From contig OY782041.1 of NCBI GenBank assembly GCA_963677595.1, positions 3,648,001 through 3,712,000 of the forward strand: a stretch of DNA of 64,000 nt. The letters run 5' to 3'. The notes under the pieces were generated by a model. It did no database searches, was not told where the DNA came from, and was given only the letters and a program-made list of their open reading frames with translations. Positions within the stretch are counted from its first letter, which is position 1. Each line of letters begins with the position of its first letter. The position numbers were made by a program, and so were the translations under genes. Below are positions 49,115 to 58,496 of the stretch, one piece after another. The DNA comes from Spirochaetia bacterium (lineage in GTDB: Bacteria; Spirochaetota; Spirochaetia; CAKZLE01).

Positions 49115-50359
49115 TCAGCTGTTGAGCACCAGTATCCCATCCTTCATGATCTCTACCGCTTCCCCGTCGTAGGTCACAGCGGTGATCTGCATGGTAGGGG
49201 AGCCGATCATGAAGTCGGTATGGAGCATGGAGGTGTTGCAGCCTTCGGCACGGAGTTCCTCGTCAGTGGTGAGGCTCTTGCCGTTCGAGAGGCAGTCAGG
49301 GTACCCGGCCCCAAGGGCGAAATGGCTGGCAGCATTCTCATCGAAGAGGATCGAGTGGAATACCTGCTCACTCTTCGCGATGGGGGTTTCCCCATCCACG
49401 AGGGCGATCTCCCCGAGGTAGGAGGCCCCGTCATCAGTCTCGATGAACTTCTTCAGGATTTCCCCGCCGACTTCTGCGGAATAGTCGATGACTTTCCCAT
49501 CCTTGAAGGTGAAGCGGCACCCGTCGACCTGGGATCCGAAGATGGTAACGGGCTTTGTCGTGACCAGGACTCCTTCGGCAGTCATCCTGTCCGGGACCGT
49601 GAAGACCTCCTCGGTGGGCATGTTGGGGAAGAAGAGCCGCCCGCTCGGCAGGGGCTTCGGTCCACCCTCCCATAGGGCTTTTTGCGAGAACCCGACGGTG
49701 AAGTCGGTACCGGTCCGGGAGTCGGTATAATGGAATGACTTGATCTTTCTGCCGTTGAGCTCTTCACAAAGAGACCCGAGTCGTGCAGCGTGTGTATCCC
49801 AGGCTGCGACCGGGTCATCTGCATCAAGCCTGAGGATCGGTGAGAGCACCTCACAGAGGTCTTCCGTGGTCGCTGTATCCCCGAGGATCTGCTTTGCCCA
49901 GGCCGGGCCGGGGGCGCAGACGACACACCAGGCATGCTCATGGCGCATGAATGCGGTACGGAGGATGGTTGAATCCTTCCGCACCTCGCCCTGGTAGGCT
50001 GAGAGCTTCTCGGTATCGACACCGGTGAGCTGGTCGCGGTCCTCGGTGTTGTCTATCCGAATATAGGCCCAGTCCTCCGAGAGTGCCTCAAACTGGATGG
50101 CACGGGAGAAGTGGGGGACGAACTTGAGCGCCTCGATGTCCTGCGAGTCGATCCTCTTGCGGGCGAGCTGGTAATCCTGGATATCGATATAGACATAGGC
50201 TGCCCCGCACTCGTATGCCCGGGAGGCGAGCTCCTGGGCGAACCCATAATTGAGAGGGCTCGACTTTATGAGGAGGGACTGGCCTTTTCGAAGGTTGATC
50301 CCCTTCCTGATCACCACATCGGCGAACTGTACGTTGAATTCCTTGACTGCATCTTTCAT
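49115..50359 (-). CDS. Aminopeptidase, M29 (AmpS/PepS) family
   Basis: PNMPTEEVFT, YLGEIALV, LFDENAASHFALG and HTDFMIG. Confidence 0.93.
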   Translation of the reverse strand: MKDAVKEFNVQFADVVIRKGINLRKGQSLLIKSSPLNYGFAQELASRAYECGAAYVYIDIQDYQLARKRIDSQDIEALKFVPHFSRAIQFEALSEDWAYIRIDNTEDRDQLTGVDTEKLSAYQGEVRKDSTILRTAFMRHEHAWCVVCAPGPAWAKQILGDTATTEDLCEVLSPILRLDADDPVAAWDTHAARLGSLCEELNGRKIKSFHYTDSRTGTDFTVGFSQKALWEGGPKPLPSGRLFFPNMPTEEVFTVPDRMTAEGVLVTTKPVTIFGSQVDGCRFTFKDGKVIDYSAEVGGEILKKFIETDDGASYLGEIALVDGETPIAKSEQVFHSILFDENAASHFALGAGYPDCLSNGKSLTTDEELRAEGCNTSMLHTDFMIGSPTMQITAVTYDGEAVEIMKDGILVLNS

Positions 50360-50368
50360 GGTTGACTC

Positions 50369-50758
50369 CTATTGTCGACGAAACAGGGTAGCGAACGCTG
50401 ACTTGATCCTGCGGATGATGCGCTGGATGAGGTTGGGGTTCCTCAGCCGGTCGATCCGGGCGAAACCGTCAGCCAGTTCAGAGGTTGACAATGCCCTTCG
50501 GTAGAGGTTCTCGTCGATCTCCATCTGGATCTTGGCTGCATCACTGTCCACATGCACGACATGTACCTCTACCGTGATCCAGCCGAGTCTCCGGACGGAT
50601 TCCAGCCGCCGTTCCCCGGCGATGAGCTCCTTCTTCTCGTTGACCACGATCGGGTTCATGAGGCCGTGTGTGTTGATGCTCTCCATCAGTTGAGTGAGAT
50701 CTCCAAGATCCTTCCGGATCCTGCGTTTTGCTTTAATTTCGTCGACTCGTAATTGCAT
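50369..50758 (-). CDS. Stand-alone ParB N-terminal domain protein
   Basis: LMESINTHGLMNPIVV, LIAGERRL and EIDENLYR. Confidence 0.88.
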   Translation of the reverse strand: MQLRVDEIKAKRRIRKDLGDLTQLMESINTHGLMNPIVVNEKKELIAGERRLESVRRLGWITVEVHVVHVDSDAAKIQMEIDENLYRRALSTSELADGFARIDRLRNPNLIQRIIRRIKSAFATLFRRQ

Positions 50759-50931
50759 CTTTCTTCAGTTAAATTTGTATTGATTCATTTGTCAAGTATC
50801 TATGAAAATAAAGCATCCTCCAGCCCTATAGTTACAACCGGGGTACAAAAGGTAGAGATACCTGTCCCCAATCCCGCTGATACATGGTATAGTGGTACGT
50901 TCTGTAGAATACCTGAGCAGGAGAAGCACCA

Positions 50932-52146
50932 GTGAGTACGACGTACCGGAAGAACATCATCGTGGAATACCTCTTTATCATAGCATGCAACCTCGACCTC
51001 ACACGAGGGCTGTGGATGATCTACCTCGCCCTGCGAGGATTCTCGCTCATCGAGCTCGGGATCTTCGAGAGTGCCTTCCATGTCACCTCCTTCCTCATGG
51101 AGGTCCCGACCGGTGCCGTAGCCGATATCTGGGGGAGGAAAGCCTCCCGCCTGTGGGGGAGGGTCTGCTTCCTTGGCAGCCTGGTCATCATGTTCACTGC
51201 CGGCAGCTTCTTCGTGCAGCTGGTCGGGTTCATGGTGTGTGCCGTCGGGTACAACCTCGAGTCCGGTGCGGGTGATGCGCTCGTCTATGATTCCCTCAAG
51301 CTCGATGGGGAGGCTTCCGGGTACAAGAAGGTCGCCGGCCGCAGGGAGTTCCTCTACCAGGCATCAGCGATTGTCGCCTATGTGGTCGGCGGCTACCTCG
51401 CAACACGGGATTATTCCTATATCTTCATCATCTCCATCGTGCTCGCCGTGGCTTCGATCCTGGTCGGGAGCCTCTTCAGTGAACCAGTGAGCAGGAAGAA
51501 GGAAGAGAGTCAAACCAAAGAAGAGCGGCCCTCGGTCAGGAAGCAGACGGCCCTGAGCATCAGGGTAGTCAGGGAACGGCCGAGGATCGCCTTCCTCATC
51601 CTCTTCTCTGAGATCATCTTCGCGGCTATCGTCACCGAGTACTTCTACCTGCAGAACTACTGGAAGGGAAACGGGTTCTCGGAGTTCCAGATCGGGGTCA
51701 TCTTCGCCGTGAGCGCCTTGACCTCAGGGGTCTTCGGGCTGTATACCAACCGGATCGAGAAGCGGTTAGGCGAGCACGGCGTGCTGTTGTCGATGCCGGT
51801 CCTGCTCATCATCTGCCTCTGGGGGATCGCCCTCACTCCCTACCACTACCTGTTCTATATCATGACGGGGGTCATACAGGGGATCCTCAGTGTCGCGATC
51901 AGTGACTATATCAACATGCTGATCCCAAGCGGGCAACGGGCTACCATCCTCTCCTTCCAGAGCATGGCTTTCAGCTTCATCATGATCATCCTCTTCCCGC
52001 TGACCGGGCTTCTAGGCGACCACATCTCGATACGGACTGCCTTCATCGTGATCGCCGCGATCATGACGGCAGGAGGGAGCGCCTATTTCATCTACTACAG
52101 CAGGAGGTTCTATGGAAACGTTCATAGAGAAGATCACCAGGACTGA
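50932..52146 (+). CDS. MFS transporter
   Basis: EVPTGAVADIWGRK, SGAGDALVYDSL and RATILS; about 12 TM segments. Confidence 0.9.
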   Translation: MSTTYRKNIIVEYLFIIACNLDLTRGLWMIYLALRGFSLIELGIFESAFHVTSFLMEVPTGAVADIWGRKASRLWGRVCFLGSLVIMFTAGSFFVQLVGFMVCAVGYNLESGAGDALVYDSLKLDGEASGYKKVAGRREFLYQASAIVAYVVGGYLATRDYSYIFIISIVLAVASILVGSLFSEPVSRKKEESQTKEERPSVRKQTALSIRVVRERPRIAFLILFSEIIFAAIVTEYFYLQNYWKGNGFSEFQIGVIFAVSALTSGVFGLYTNRIEKRLGEHGVLLSMPVLLIICLWGIALTPYHYLFYIMTGVIQGILSVAISDYINMLIPSGQRATILSFQSMAFSFIMIILFPLTGLLGDHISIRTAFIVIAAIMTAGGSAYFIYYSRRFYGNVHREDHQD

Positions 52147-52891
52147 GCATGCGTATACCTGCCTCTTCAGCAGTGTTGTCAGGACGGAATACGGGTACCG
52201 CTATACAGATATGCTCCTCCCCGACATGTACTGCCACAACAGCTTCAGGGTCTCTCCCGATGCCGGGTGCATTCCCCTCTCACTCTTTGCTGAGGAGGCT
52301 GCCTACCGTAAGGGAAACGGTCAGGATGTCGTTCAGATCGAGTACTTCGATGGAGGTGACGCTGCATTCCCCGAAGGTCTCGACTATGAGTCGGTCTCTC
52401 AGCAGCCTGTCTACTATGCAGCCCTCAATGAGTTCACTCCCAGTTCGAGTGCATCCTGCACCGTGAAGCCGGCCAGGGATGAACGCATGTTCACCGATGG
52501 CAGGAACATCGACATAGCCTCCTTCATCCCAGGGTTTGAGGAGTTCGCCGGGAGGCGGTATGACCGTAAGAAACCCGTGTACGCTGATCGGTCTGCTCCC
52601 TTCGAGAACCTGATCTGTTATGCAGGGGATACACCTGTCGGGAACTGCGACCTCTTCATCGACGGCGACACCGCTAAGATCGAGGACCTCGATGTCCTTG
52701 AACCCTACCAGCACCGGGGGTACGGTACGGCCATCCTGCAGGAGATCGGCGGTATCTGCAGGGATGCCGGCGTTCGCCATATCTACCTGCTCGTCGATGA
52801 TGACAATGAGGGGGCTATTCGGCTCTATACGGCAATCGGCATGCGGGAGGTCATGAACAACCACCTCTACCGCCGGGAATTTGATGCCTGA
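52112..52891 (+). CDS. GNAT family acetyltransferase
   Basis: VLEPYQHRGYGT motif A and AIRLYTAIG. Confidence 0.85.
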   Translation: METFIEKITRTEHAYTCLFSSVVRTEYGYRYTDMLLPDMYCHNSFRVSPDAGCIPLSLFAEEAAYRKGNGQDVVQIEYFDGGDAAFPEGLDYESVSQQPVYYAALNEFTPSSSASCTVKPARDERMFTDGRNIDIASFIPGFEEFAGRRYDRKKPVYADRSAPFENLICYAGDTPVGNCDLFIDGDTAKIEDLDVLEPYQHRGYGTAILQEIGGICRDAGVRHIYLLVDDDNEGAIRLYTAIGMREVMNNHLYRREFDA

Positions 52892-52941
52892 AGAGGGCTT
52901 GAGCGCAGGGAGAGGTGGGAGTACAATAGGGGTATGAGGAG

Positions 52942-53874
52942 ATGAGTATGGGTGTAGAGAGAAGGATACGCGAGGTCCTCTGGAGCAAGGGGACTGTTGA
53001 GGGTGCAGGGGTGAAGCTGAAGCGTGCGTTCGGCTTCCATGAGAAGCCGCAGTTCGACCCCTTCCTCCTGCTCGATGATTTCAGGTCTGATGATCCCTCC
53101 TCCTTCGAGAAGGGGTTCCCCTGGCACCCCCACCGGGGGATCGAGACGGTGACCTACCTGCTCACCGGTTCTGTCGAACATGGCGACAGCCTTGGGAACC
53201 GCGGAGTGATCAATGCCGGGGATGTCCAGTGGATGAGCGCGGGCAGCGGCATCATCCACCAGGAGATGCCGAAGGGAGACGGAACGGGGCTGCTCGAGGG
53301 GTTCCAGCTGTGGGTGAACCTGCCCGCATCGAAGAAGATGTCAGACCCCGCCTACCAGTCGATCACCAGGGATATGATCCCTGAACTCTCCTTCACCAAC
53401 GGGATGGAAGTACGCCTGGTCGCAGGGGACGTCTCCGGGATCAGGGGGCCGGTTCGGGATCCCTATACCGACCCTGAACTCCTCGATATAAGGATGCCGC
53501 CGCACACGACCTATACCCACCCGACAAAGAGGGGCCATACGGTGTTCACCTACGTCATAGGAGGAGAGGCCCTCTTCACGAAGGACCAGCATGAGTTCTC
53601 ATGTGACGAGGAGAGTGAGAACTTCACCAATGCATCCCGTCACAGGAACTACCATGATGGGGCGGTCCTCCTCTATACCGACGGGAGCCAGATCACCTTC
53701 ACGACCGGGGAATCCCCGGTGAGGTTCATCCTGGGGGCCGGGAAGCCGCATCATGAACCAGTGGCATGGTACGGGCCGATCGTCATGAACACCCGGAAGG
53801 AGCTCGATGAGGCCTTCCGTGAGTACCAGGAGGGGACCTTCATCAAGGTCGGTGCGGGAGATGTCCATGGCTGA
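52942..53874 (+). CDS. Pirin family protein
   Basis: DPFLLLD, HPHRGIETVTY, GSGIIHQE, FQLWVNLP and YGPIVMNT. Confidence 0.95.
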   Translation: MSMGVERRIREVLWSKGTVEGAGVKLKRAFGFHEKPQFDPFLLLDDFRSDDPSSFEKGFPWHPHRGIETVTYLLTGSVEHGDSLGNRGVINAGDVQWMSAGSGIIHQEMPKGDGTGLLEGFQLWVNLPASKKMSDPAYQSITRDMIPELSFTNGMEVRLVAGDVSGIRGPVRDPYTDPELLDIRMPPHTTYTHPTKRGHTVFTYVIGGEALFTKDQHEFSCDEESENFTNASRHRNYHDGAVLLYTDGSQITFTTGESPVRFILGAGKPHHEPVAWYGPIVMNTRKELDEAFREYQEGTFIKVGAGDVHG

Positions 53875-54322
53875 GATCCGCTACACCCATACCAACCTGG
53901 TCGCCGGTGACTGGAAGGCGCTCGCCGCCTTCTACATCGACGTATTCGGCTGCACCCCGGTACCGCCGGAACGGGACCTGGCCGGCAGCTGGATAGACCG
54001 GCTCACCGGGATCGATGGTGCCCGTATCACCGGGACACACCTGCTGCTGCCCGGTTTCGGCCCTGGTGGGCCGACCCTCGAGATCTTCCAGTATGAGCCG
54101 GACCATAAACCTGGTGACCCTGACCCGATCAACCGGCACGGGTTCGCCCATATAGCTTTCCACGTCGATGATGTGAGGCAGCTGGTGGACCGCATCATCG
54201 AGGGGGGAGGGTGCCTGCTTGGTGAGCTTGTGGACAGGCAATATGAGGACGGGAGGGTATTGACGGTCGCTTACTGCAGGGACCCGGAGGGGAACTGCCT
54301 GGAGATACAGAATTGGAGTTGA
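53867..54322 (+). CDS. VOC/glyoxalase family protein
   Basis: HTNL, FYIDVFG, LEIFQY, HIAFHVDD and RDPEGN. Confidence 0.9.
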   Translation: MAEIRYTHTNLVAGDWKALAAFYIDVFGCTPVPPERDLAGSWIDRLTGIDGARITGTHLLLPGFGPGGPTLEIFQYEPDHKPGDPDPINRHGFAHIAFHVDDVRQLVDRIIEGGGCLLGELVDRQYEDGRVLTVAYCRDPEGNCLEIQNWS

Positions 54323-54340
54323 TTACAAGGAGATACACCT

Positions 54341-55042
54341 ATGGGACGAGCCAAGACTTTTCTGGCCTACTACAACAAGATCGAGAAGACACTCGAATCA
54401 CTCTATACCGGTCCTGAAGAACATATGAGCTTCTATGAGCTCATCCAGACCTTGCGGCGGACCAATAGGCAGGTAGCCTATTTTGCCGATGAGCTGCACG
54501 AGTACCGCACCCTGCGGAACGCCATCGTGCATGATACCGTCGGTGACATGGTGATCGCGGAACCCTGTGAGACCGTCGTCGTGAGGATCAGGAAGATCCA
54601 TGAACTGCTGACGAAGCCGGCACTGGTCATGGACCTGTGCAAGGGCCAGGAGGTCGTGAGCCTCACGTTCACCGACAGCCTGCAGCAGGTCCTCTCCCTC
54701 ATCCGTGATACTGGGTATTCCCAGTTCCCGGTCATCGACTGCAAACGGGTCATCGGGATCCTCACCAGCCATACCGCTGCCTCATACCTGGCAGACAGGA
54801 TGCAGGGGAACGAGTTGATCATCGACAAAGCGACCGTCTCGGACCTCTTCAGGGTCAGCGATGACAAGGAGGACTTCATGGTCATCGCCAGGACCTCGAC
54901 CGTATATGATGTGAGTGTGCTGATCAGGAAACACCCGAAGGTCTCGATGTTCATCGTGACCGAGAGCGGTAAGCCGACACAGCACCTGCTCGGCGTGCTG
55001 ACAGCAGCTGACTTCCACCGGGTCTACGGGATGAGGAACTAA
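54341..55042 (+). CDS. HEPN-like domain fused to a CBS pair
   Basis: N-terminal helical domain with FLAYYNKIE and LRNAIVH (RxxxxH); C-terminal YSQFPV...GILT and LLGVLTAAD CBS motifs. Confidence 0.8.
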   Translation: MGRAKTFLAYYNKIEKTLESLYTGPEEHMSFYELIQTLRRTNRQVAYFADELHEYRTLRNAIVHDTVGDMVIAEPCETVVVRIRKIHELLTKPALVMDLCKGQEVVSLTFTDSLQQVLSLIRDTGYSQFPVIDCKRVIGILTSHTAASYLADRMQGNELIIDKATVSDLFRVSDDKEDFMVIARTSTVYDVSVLIRKHPKVSMFIVTESGKPTQHLLGVLTAADFHRVYGMRN

Positions 55043-55051
55043 CAGGCTCCC

Positions 55052-55753
55052 ATGACATTGAGAGAGCGCTATAGCCAGATATATATGCAAACCCTTGAGA
55101 CGATCGAACGGGATGGGTTCTCCTATGATACCACGATCATCGAACCATCTGATGATCGGTACGGTCTCACTCTCATCGGGAGGATGACCTCTGGAGGACT
55201 CCATTCGGAGGTGCAGGGACTGTACGGGGAGATCGGGAAGGCTGCCCCCGGCAGCTACCTCTATCCGGTAGCGGACCTCCACATCACGGTGCTGAGCCTC
55301 ATCGAGTGTGCGGCGGGCAGGACCTTCAGCCCCGATGAGCTTCAGGAGCATGCCGCCCTCCTTATGGAAGCTCTCCATGATGTCGGGCCGATCCGCGTCG
55401 ACGTCACCGGCCTGATCGCCTCTCCCACCTGCCTCATGCTCGCGGGCTACCCTGAACATGATCAGCTGAACCACCTGCGGGACCGGATCAGGTCAGGGTA
55501 TGGGAAGCATCCTTCGATCTCCCATACGATCGACTCACGGTATACCCAGGTGACAGCCCATGTCACGATCGCCCGCTTCACCCGGCCGGTGAACGACAGC
55601 AGGAGGGTATTGGACATCCTGGAACGGTACCGGAAGCACCCCTTCGGGAAGCAGGTTCTGAGGACTCTCGAACTCGTGACGAACGACTGGTGCCTCACGT
55701 CCGGGAGGACGAAGAAGATCGCTGTCTTCCCCCTGCGGGAGGATCATACGTGA
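55052..55753 (+). CDS. 2H phosphoesterase (2'-5' RNA ligase/cyclic phosphodiesterase-like)
   Basis: Two HxT motifs: DLHITVL and AHVTIARF. Confidence 0.82.
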   Translation: MTLRERYSQIYMQTLETIERDGFSYDTTIIEPSDDRYGLTLIGRMTSGGLHSEVQGLYGEIGKAAPGSYLYPVADLHITVLSLIECAAGRTFSPDELQEHAALLMEALHDVGPIRVDVTGLIASPTCLMLAGYPEHDQLNHLRDRIRSGYGKHPSISHTIDSRYTQVTAHVTIARFTRPVNDSRRVLDILERYRKHPFGKQVLRTLELVTNDWCLTSGRTKKIAVFPLREDHT

Positions 55754-56637
55754 GCCTGATAGACCTCCACATCCACAGCAGGGTGAGCCTAGACGGTGAG
55801 TTCTCCCCGGCTGAACTCGTCTCGAAGTGCGCTGCTGCAGGCCTTACGTACATCTCGGTGACTGACCACAACAGCTGCAGGGCGGTCGCCGAGGCAGTCT
55901 CACTCGCAGTCCAGGCGGGTATTACCTGCATCCCGGGGATTGAGATCGACTCGATCTTCGAGGGTAGGAACCTGCATCTGCTCGGGTACGGGGTAGATCC
56001 CGCCGCTGAGACCTTCGAGGCACTGCATGTTCGGGTGCTGGAACGGGAGCGGAGTGTCTCCTTCGAGCGCATCGAGCGGGTGAACCGCCTTGGGTTCGAC
56101 CTCTCCATCGAAGATTTCCCGCAGTTCGAATCGCGGGGGACCGTTGCCCCGGAAGATATTGCGGCAGTACTCCTCTTGGCAGAGGATGCCGACAGCATCG
56201 ACCTGCTAAAGCCCTACCTGCCCGGCGGCAGCCGGTCAGACAACCCCTATGCGAACTTCTACTGGGACTTCTTCGCTGACGGTAAGCCCTGCTGGTGCGA
56301 TATGGGGTGGATCACGCTGCAGGAGGCCGTGAAGCTGGTCATCGATGCAGGGGGAGTCCCCGTCCTGGCTCATCCCGGGGTCACCATCGGTCGCGATGAG
56401 GAGACAGCAGAAAAGGTCGTGGAATTGGGCGTGCAGGGGATCGAGTGCTTCTCTTCCTACCATGACTCGAAGATGAGTGAGTCCTGGTATGCGTTTGCGA
56501 AGCACCGCGGTCTGACGGTAACTGCCGGGAGTGATTACCACGGGTATTTCAAGCCTTCGGTGAAGCTCGGCGGCGACCATGCGACCATAGCTGATGAAGA
56601 ACTCTTAGACTGTATCGATAGACTCATCCGGAAGTGA
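55750..56637 (+). CDS. PHP-domain phosphoesterase (TrpH/YciV-like)
   Basis: DLHIHS..SLDG, VTDHN, GIEI, HLLGYG, VLAHPG and GSDYHG; GTG start overlaps the upstream stop. Confidence 0.9.
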   Translation: MSLIDLHIHSRVSLDGEFSPAELVSKCAAAGLTYISVTDHNSCRAVAEAVSLAVQAGITCIPGIEIDSIFEGRNLHLLGYGVDPAAETFEALHVRVLERERSVSFERIERVNRLGFDLSIEDFPQFESRGTVAPEDIAAVLLLAEDADSIDLLKPYLPGGSRSDNPYANFYWDFFADGKPCWCDMGWITLQEAVKLVIDAGGVPVLAHPGVTIGRDEETAEKVVELGVQGIECFSSYHDSKMSESWYAFAKHRGLTVTAGSDYHGYFKPSVKLGGDHATIADEELLDCIDRLIRK

Positions 56638-56647
56638 GGGGGAAACC

Positions 56648-56839
56648 ATGAAAAGACGACTGTTCCTACTGTTCTCAGGGATCGAATGCGCAACGCTCGC
56701 GGTCCTGATCTATCTTGCTCTTACTGCCCTGCAGGCAGCAGGGCTCGATGCACGCATCCTGCTGAGCATCATCTTCCCACTCTTCGTGTTCATCGTGCAG
56801 TACTTCATCTATGATGCTGCCTACACTATGGGGGAATAG
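56648..56839 (+). CDS. Small two-TM membrane protein
   Basis: GAGGGGG RBS and two hydrophobic helices. Confidence 0.65.
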   Translation: MKRRLFLLFSGIECATLAVLIYLALTALQAAGLDARILLSIIFPLFVFIVQYFIYDAAYTMGE

Positions 56840-56859
56840 CAGCCCGTCACCGCTTTGGA

Positions 56860-56906
56860 TTGACAAAACCGCATGCTCTGGTAAGATATGAGTTAACGAT
56901 AACGCA
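56860..56906 (+). promoter_or_regulatory. Promoter plus LacI-type operator upstream of the LacI-family gene
   Basis: TTGACA-N16-TAAGAT followed by the near-palindrome TGAGTTAACGATAACGCA with a central CG. Confidence 0.65.
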
Positions 56907-56923
56907 GGTGGTATACGGGGCAT

Positions 56924-57982
56924 ATGGCAACGATTAAGGATATTGCTACACAGGCTGGCGTCTCGATCGGCACAGTGGACCGGATCATACATAAACGGGG
57001 ACGGTACTCGTCCCGTACGGCTGACAGGGTCCTCCGGATCATGGAAGAGCTCGACTACCATCCCAACATACATGCACGGGGTCTCAAGAACTCCCGTCTT
57101 CACCGGTTCTGTGCCGTCATCCCAATGCGCGACCAGGATAACGGGTACTGGTCCCTGGTACGTGACGGTATCCTGAAGGGGATGGAAGAACTCGTCTCCT
57201 TCGGGGTCGCCGTCGAGATCGTGGAATATGACCGCTACAGCGGTGCAGCCCTGGCCGAAGCCCTGGAGCGTGCTGCAAGCCAGGAGCCGGAGGGCCTCCT
57301 CATAGCCCCGGCAGACCCCCAGGTCGTCGAGGAGTACCTGCAGGGATCACCGGTACCGGTGATCTGCATCGATTCCAGCGTGGACTCATCCCATATGCTC
57401 TCTTATATCGGGCAGGACTCCTACCAGAGCGGTGTCCTCTCGGCCAAGCTGATGAGCCTCCTGCTCCAGGGGAAGGAGTCGCCGCAGTTGCTCATCATCC
57501 ACCCTCCTGGGAACCACCGTCACCACCGGGAACGGGCACGGGGGTTCTCGGAGAGCCTGACTGCCAGGATCCCTGGGGCCCGGGTACACACCATCACCGA
57601 AGAGGAGGAGGGTGGCTCTTCACTGCAGGGGTTCCTCTCTGGTCTGGTCCCTGACCAGAAGCCGGATGGGATCTTCGTGTCGAACTCCCATGTCTATTAC
57701 GTGGCAGGCTGCTGCCGGGAGCTATCCTGGAAGACCGGACATATACCGCTGATCGGGTATGACTACATCCCGGAGGGAAAGGCCATGATAGAGGATGGGA
57801 CCATCGATTTCATCATCACCCAGGAGCCGCAGCTGCAGGGCAACCAGGGGATCCTGAACCTCTACCAGGCGGTGGTTCTCAACCGGGAACTCGAACGGGA
57901 GATCCATACCCCGCTCACGATCCTGACCTCGGAGAATCTCGAGGAATACCTCAAGAACGGCATAACAGGAGGTGCATCTTGA
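56924..57982 (+). CDS. LacI family transcriptional regulator
   Basis: TIKDIATQAGVSIGTVDRII...LDYHPNIHARGL plus a sugar-binding domain. Confidence 0.93.
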   Translation: MATIKDIATQAGVSIGTVDRIIHKRGRYSSRTADRVLRIMEELDYHPNIHARGLKNSRLHRFCAVIPMRDQDNGYWSLVRDGILKGMEELVSFGVAVEIVEYDRYSGAALAEALERAASQEPEGLLIAPADPQVVEEYLQGSPVPVICIDSSVDSSHMLSYIGQDSYQSGVLSAKLMSLLLQGKESPQLLIIHPPGNHRHHRERARGFSESLTARIPGARVHTITEEEEGGSSLQGFLSGLVPDQKPDGIFVSNSHVYYVAGCCRELSWKTGHIPLIGYDYIPEGKAMIEDGTIDFIITQEPQLQGNQGILNLYQAVVLNRELEREIHTPLTILTSENLEEYLKNGITGGAS

Positions 57983-58461
57983 TCAAGCGGTATCAAGCGG
58001 GACTGGAGGGGGAGATCTCACACTTCATCCGACGGGTCTTCGATCAGTTCATAGGCAGGGACTACTCAGAGGAGGGCAGGGAGACGTTCTACCGGTTCAC
58101 ATCCCCGGAATCGATCCGTTCGAACTTCCTTGGGCAGAATCTCCTGCTGTGCCACTACAGCGGCGATGTCCTTACCGGGGTGATAGCTCTCCGGGCCCCT
58201 GGGCATATCAGCCTGCTCTTCGTCGACCCCCAGTACCACCGGCAGGGCATAGCTTCCGGCCTCTTCAGGGAGCTGCTGCACATCCTGCCCGATGCGTCGG
58301 TCCACCTGAGCGTGAACTCCTCACCCTACGCGGTCGAAGCCTATGGGCATCTGGGGTTCGAGGTGAGTGACCTAGAGCAGCTCAAGGATGGGATCATCTA
58401 TATCCCCATGCGCACTACCCTGGATGCGGGACAGCTGCTATCCCGGATGACCCTAGCGTGA
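57979..58461 (+). CDS. GNAT family acetyltransferase
   Basis: HISLLFVDPQYHRQGIA and VNSSPYAVEAYGHLGF. Confidence 0.88.
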   Translation: MIKRYQAGLEGEISHFIRRVFDQFIGRDYSEEGRETFYRFTSPESIRSNFLGQNLLLCHYSGDVLTGVIALRAPGHISLLFVDPQYHRQGIASGLFRELLHILPDASVHLSVNSSPYAVEAYGHLGFEVSDLEQLKDGIIYIPMRTTLDAGQLLSRMTLA

Positions 58462-58496
58462 TTGACATCGGGTACGCAACACCCTATATTCATGGT

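Noticed and set aside
50932-58461. Integron-like cassette array (run of short co-oriented accessory genes)
   Set aside because: Genes abut or overlap with no attC-like repeats, and there is no integron integrase.
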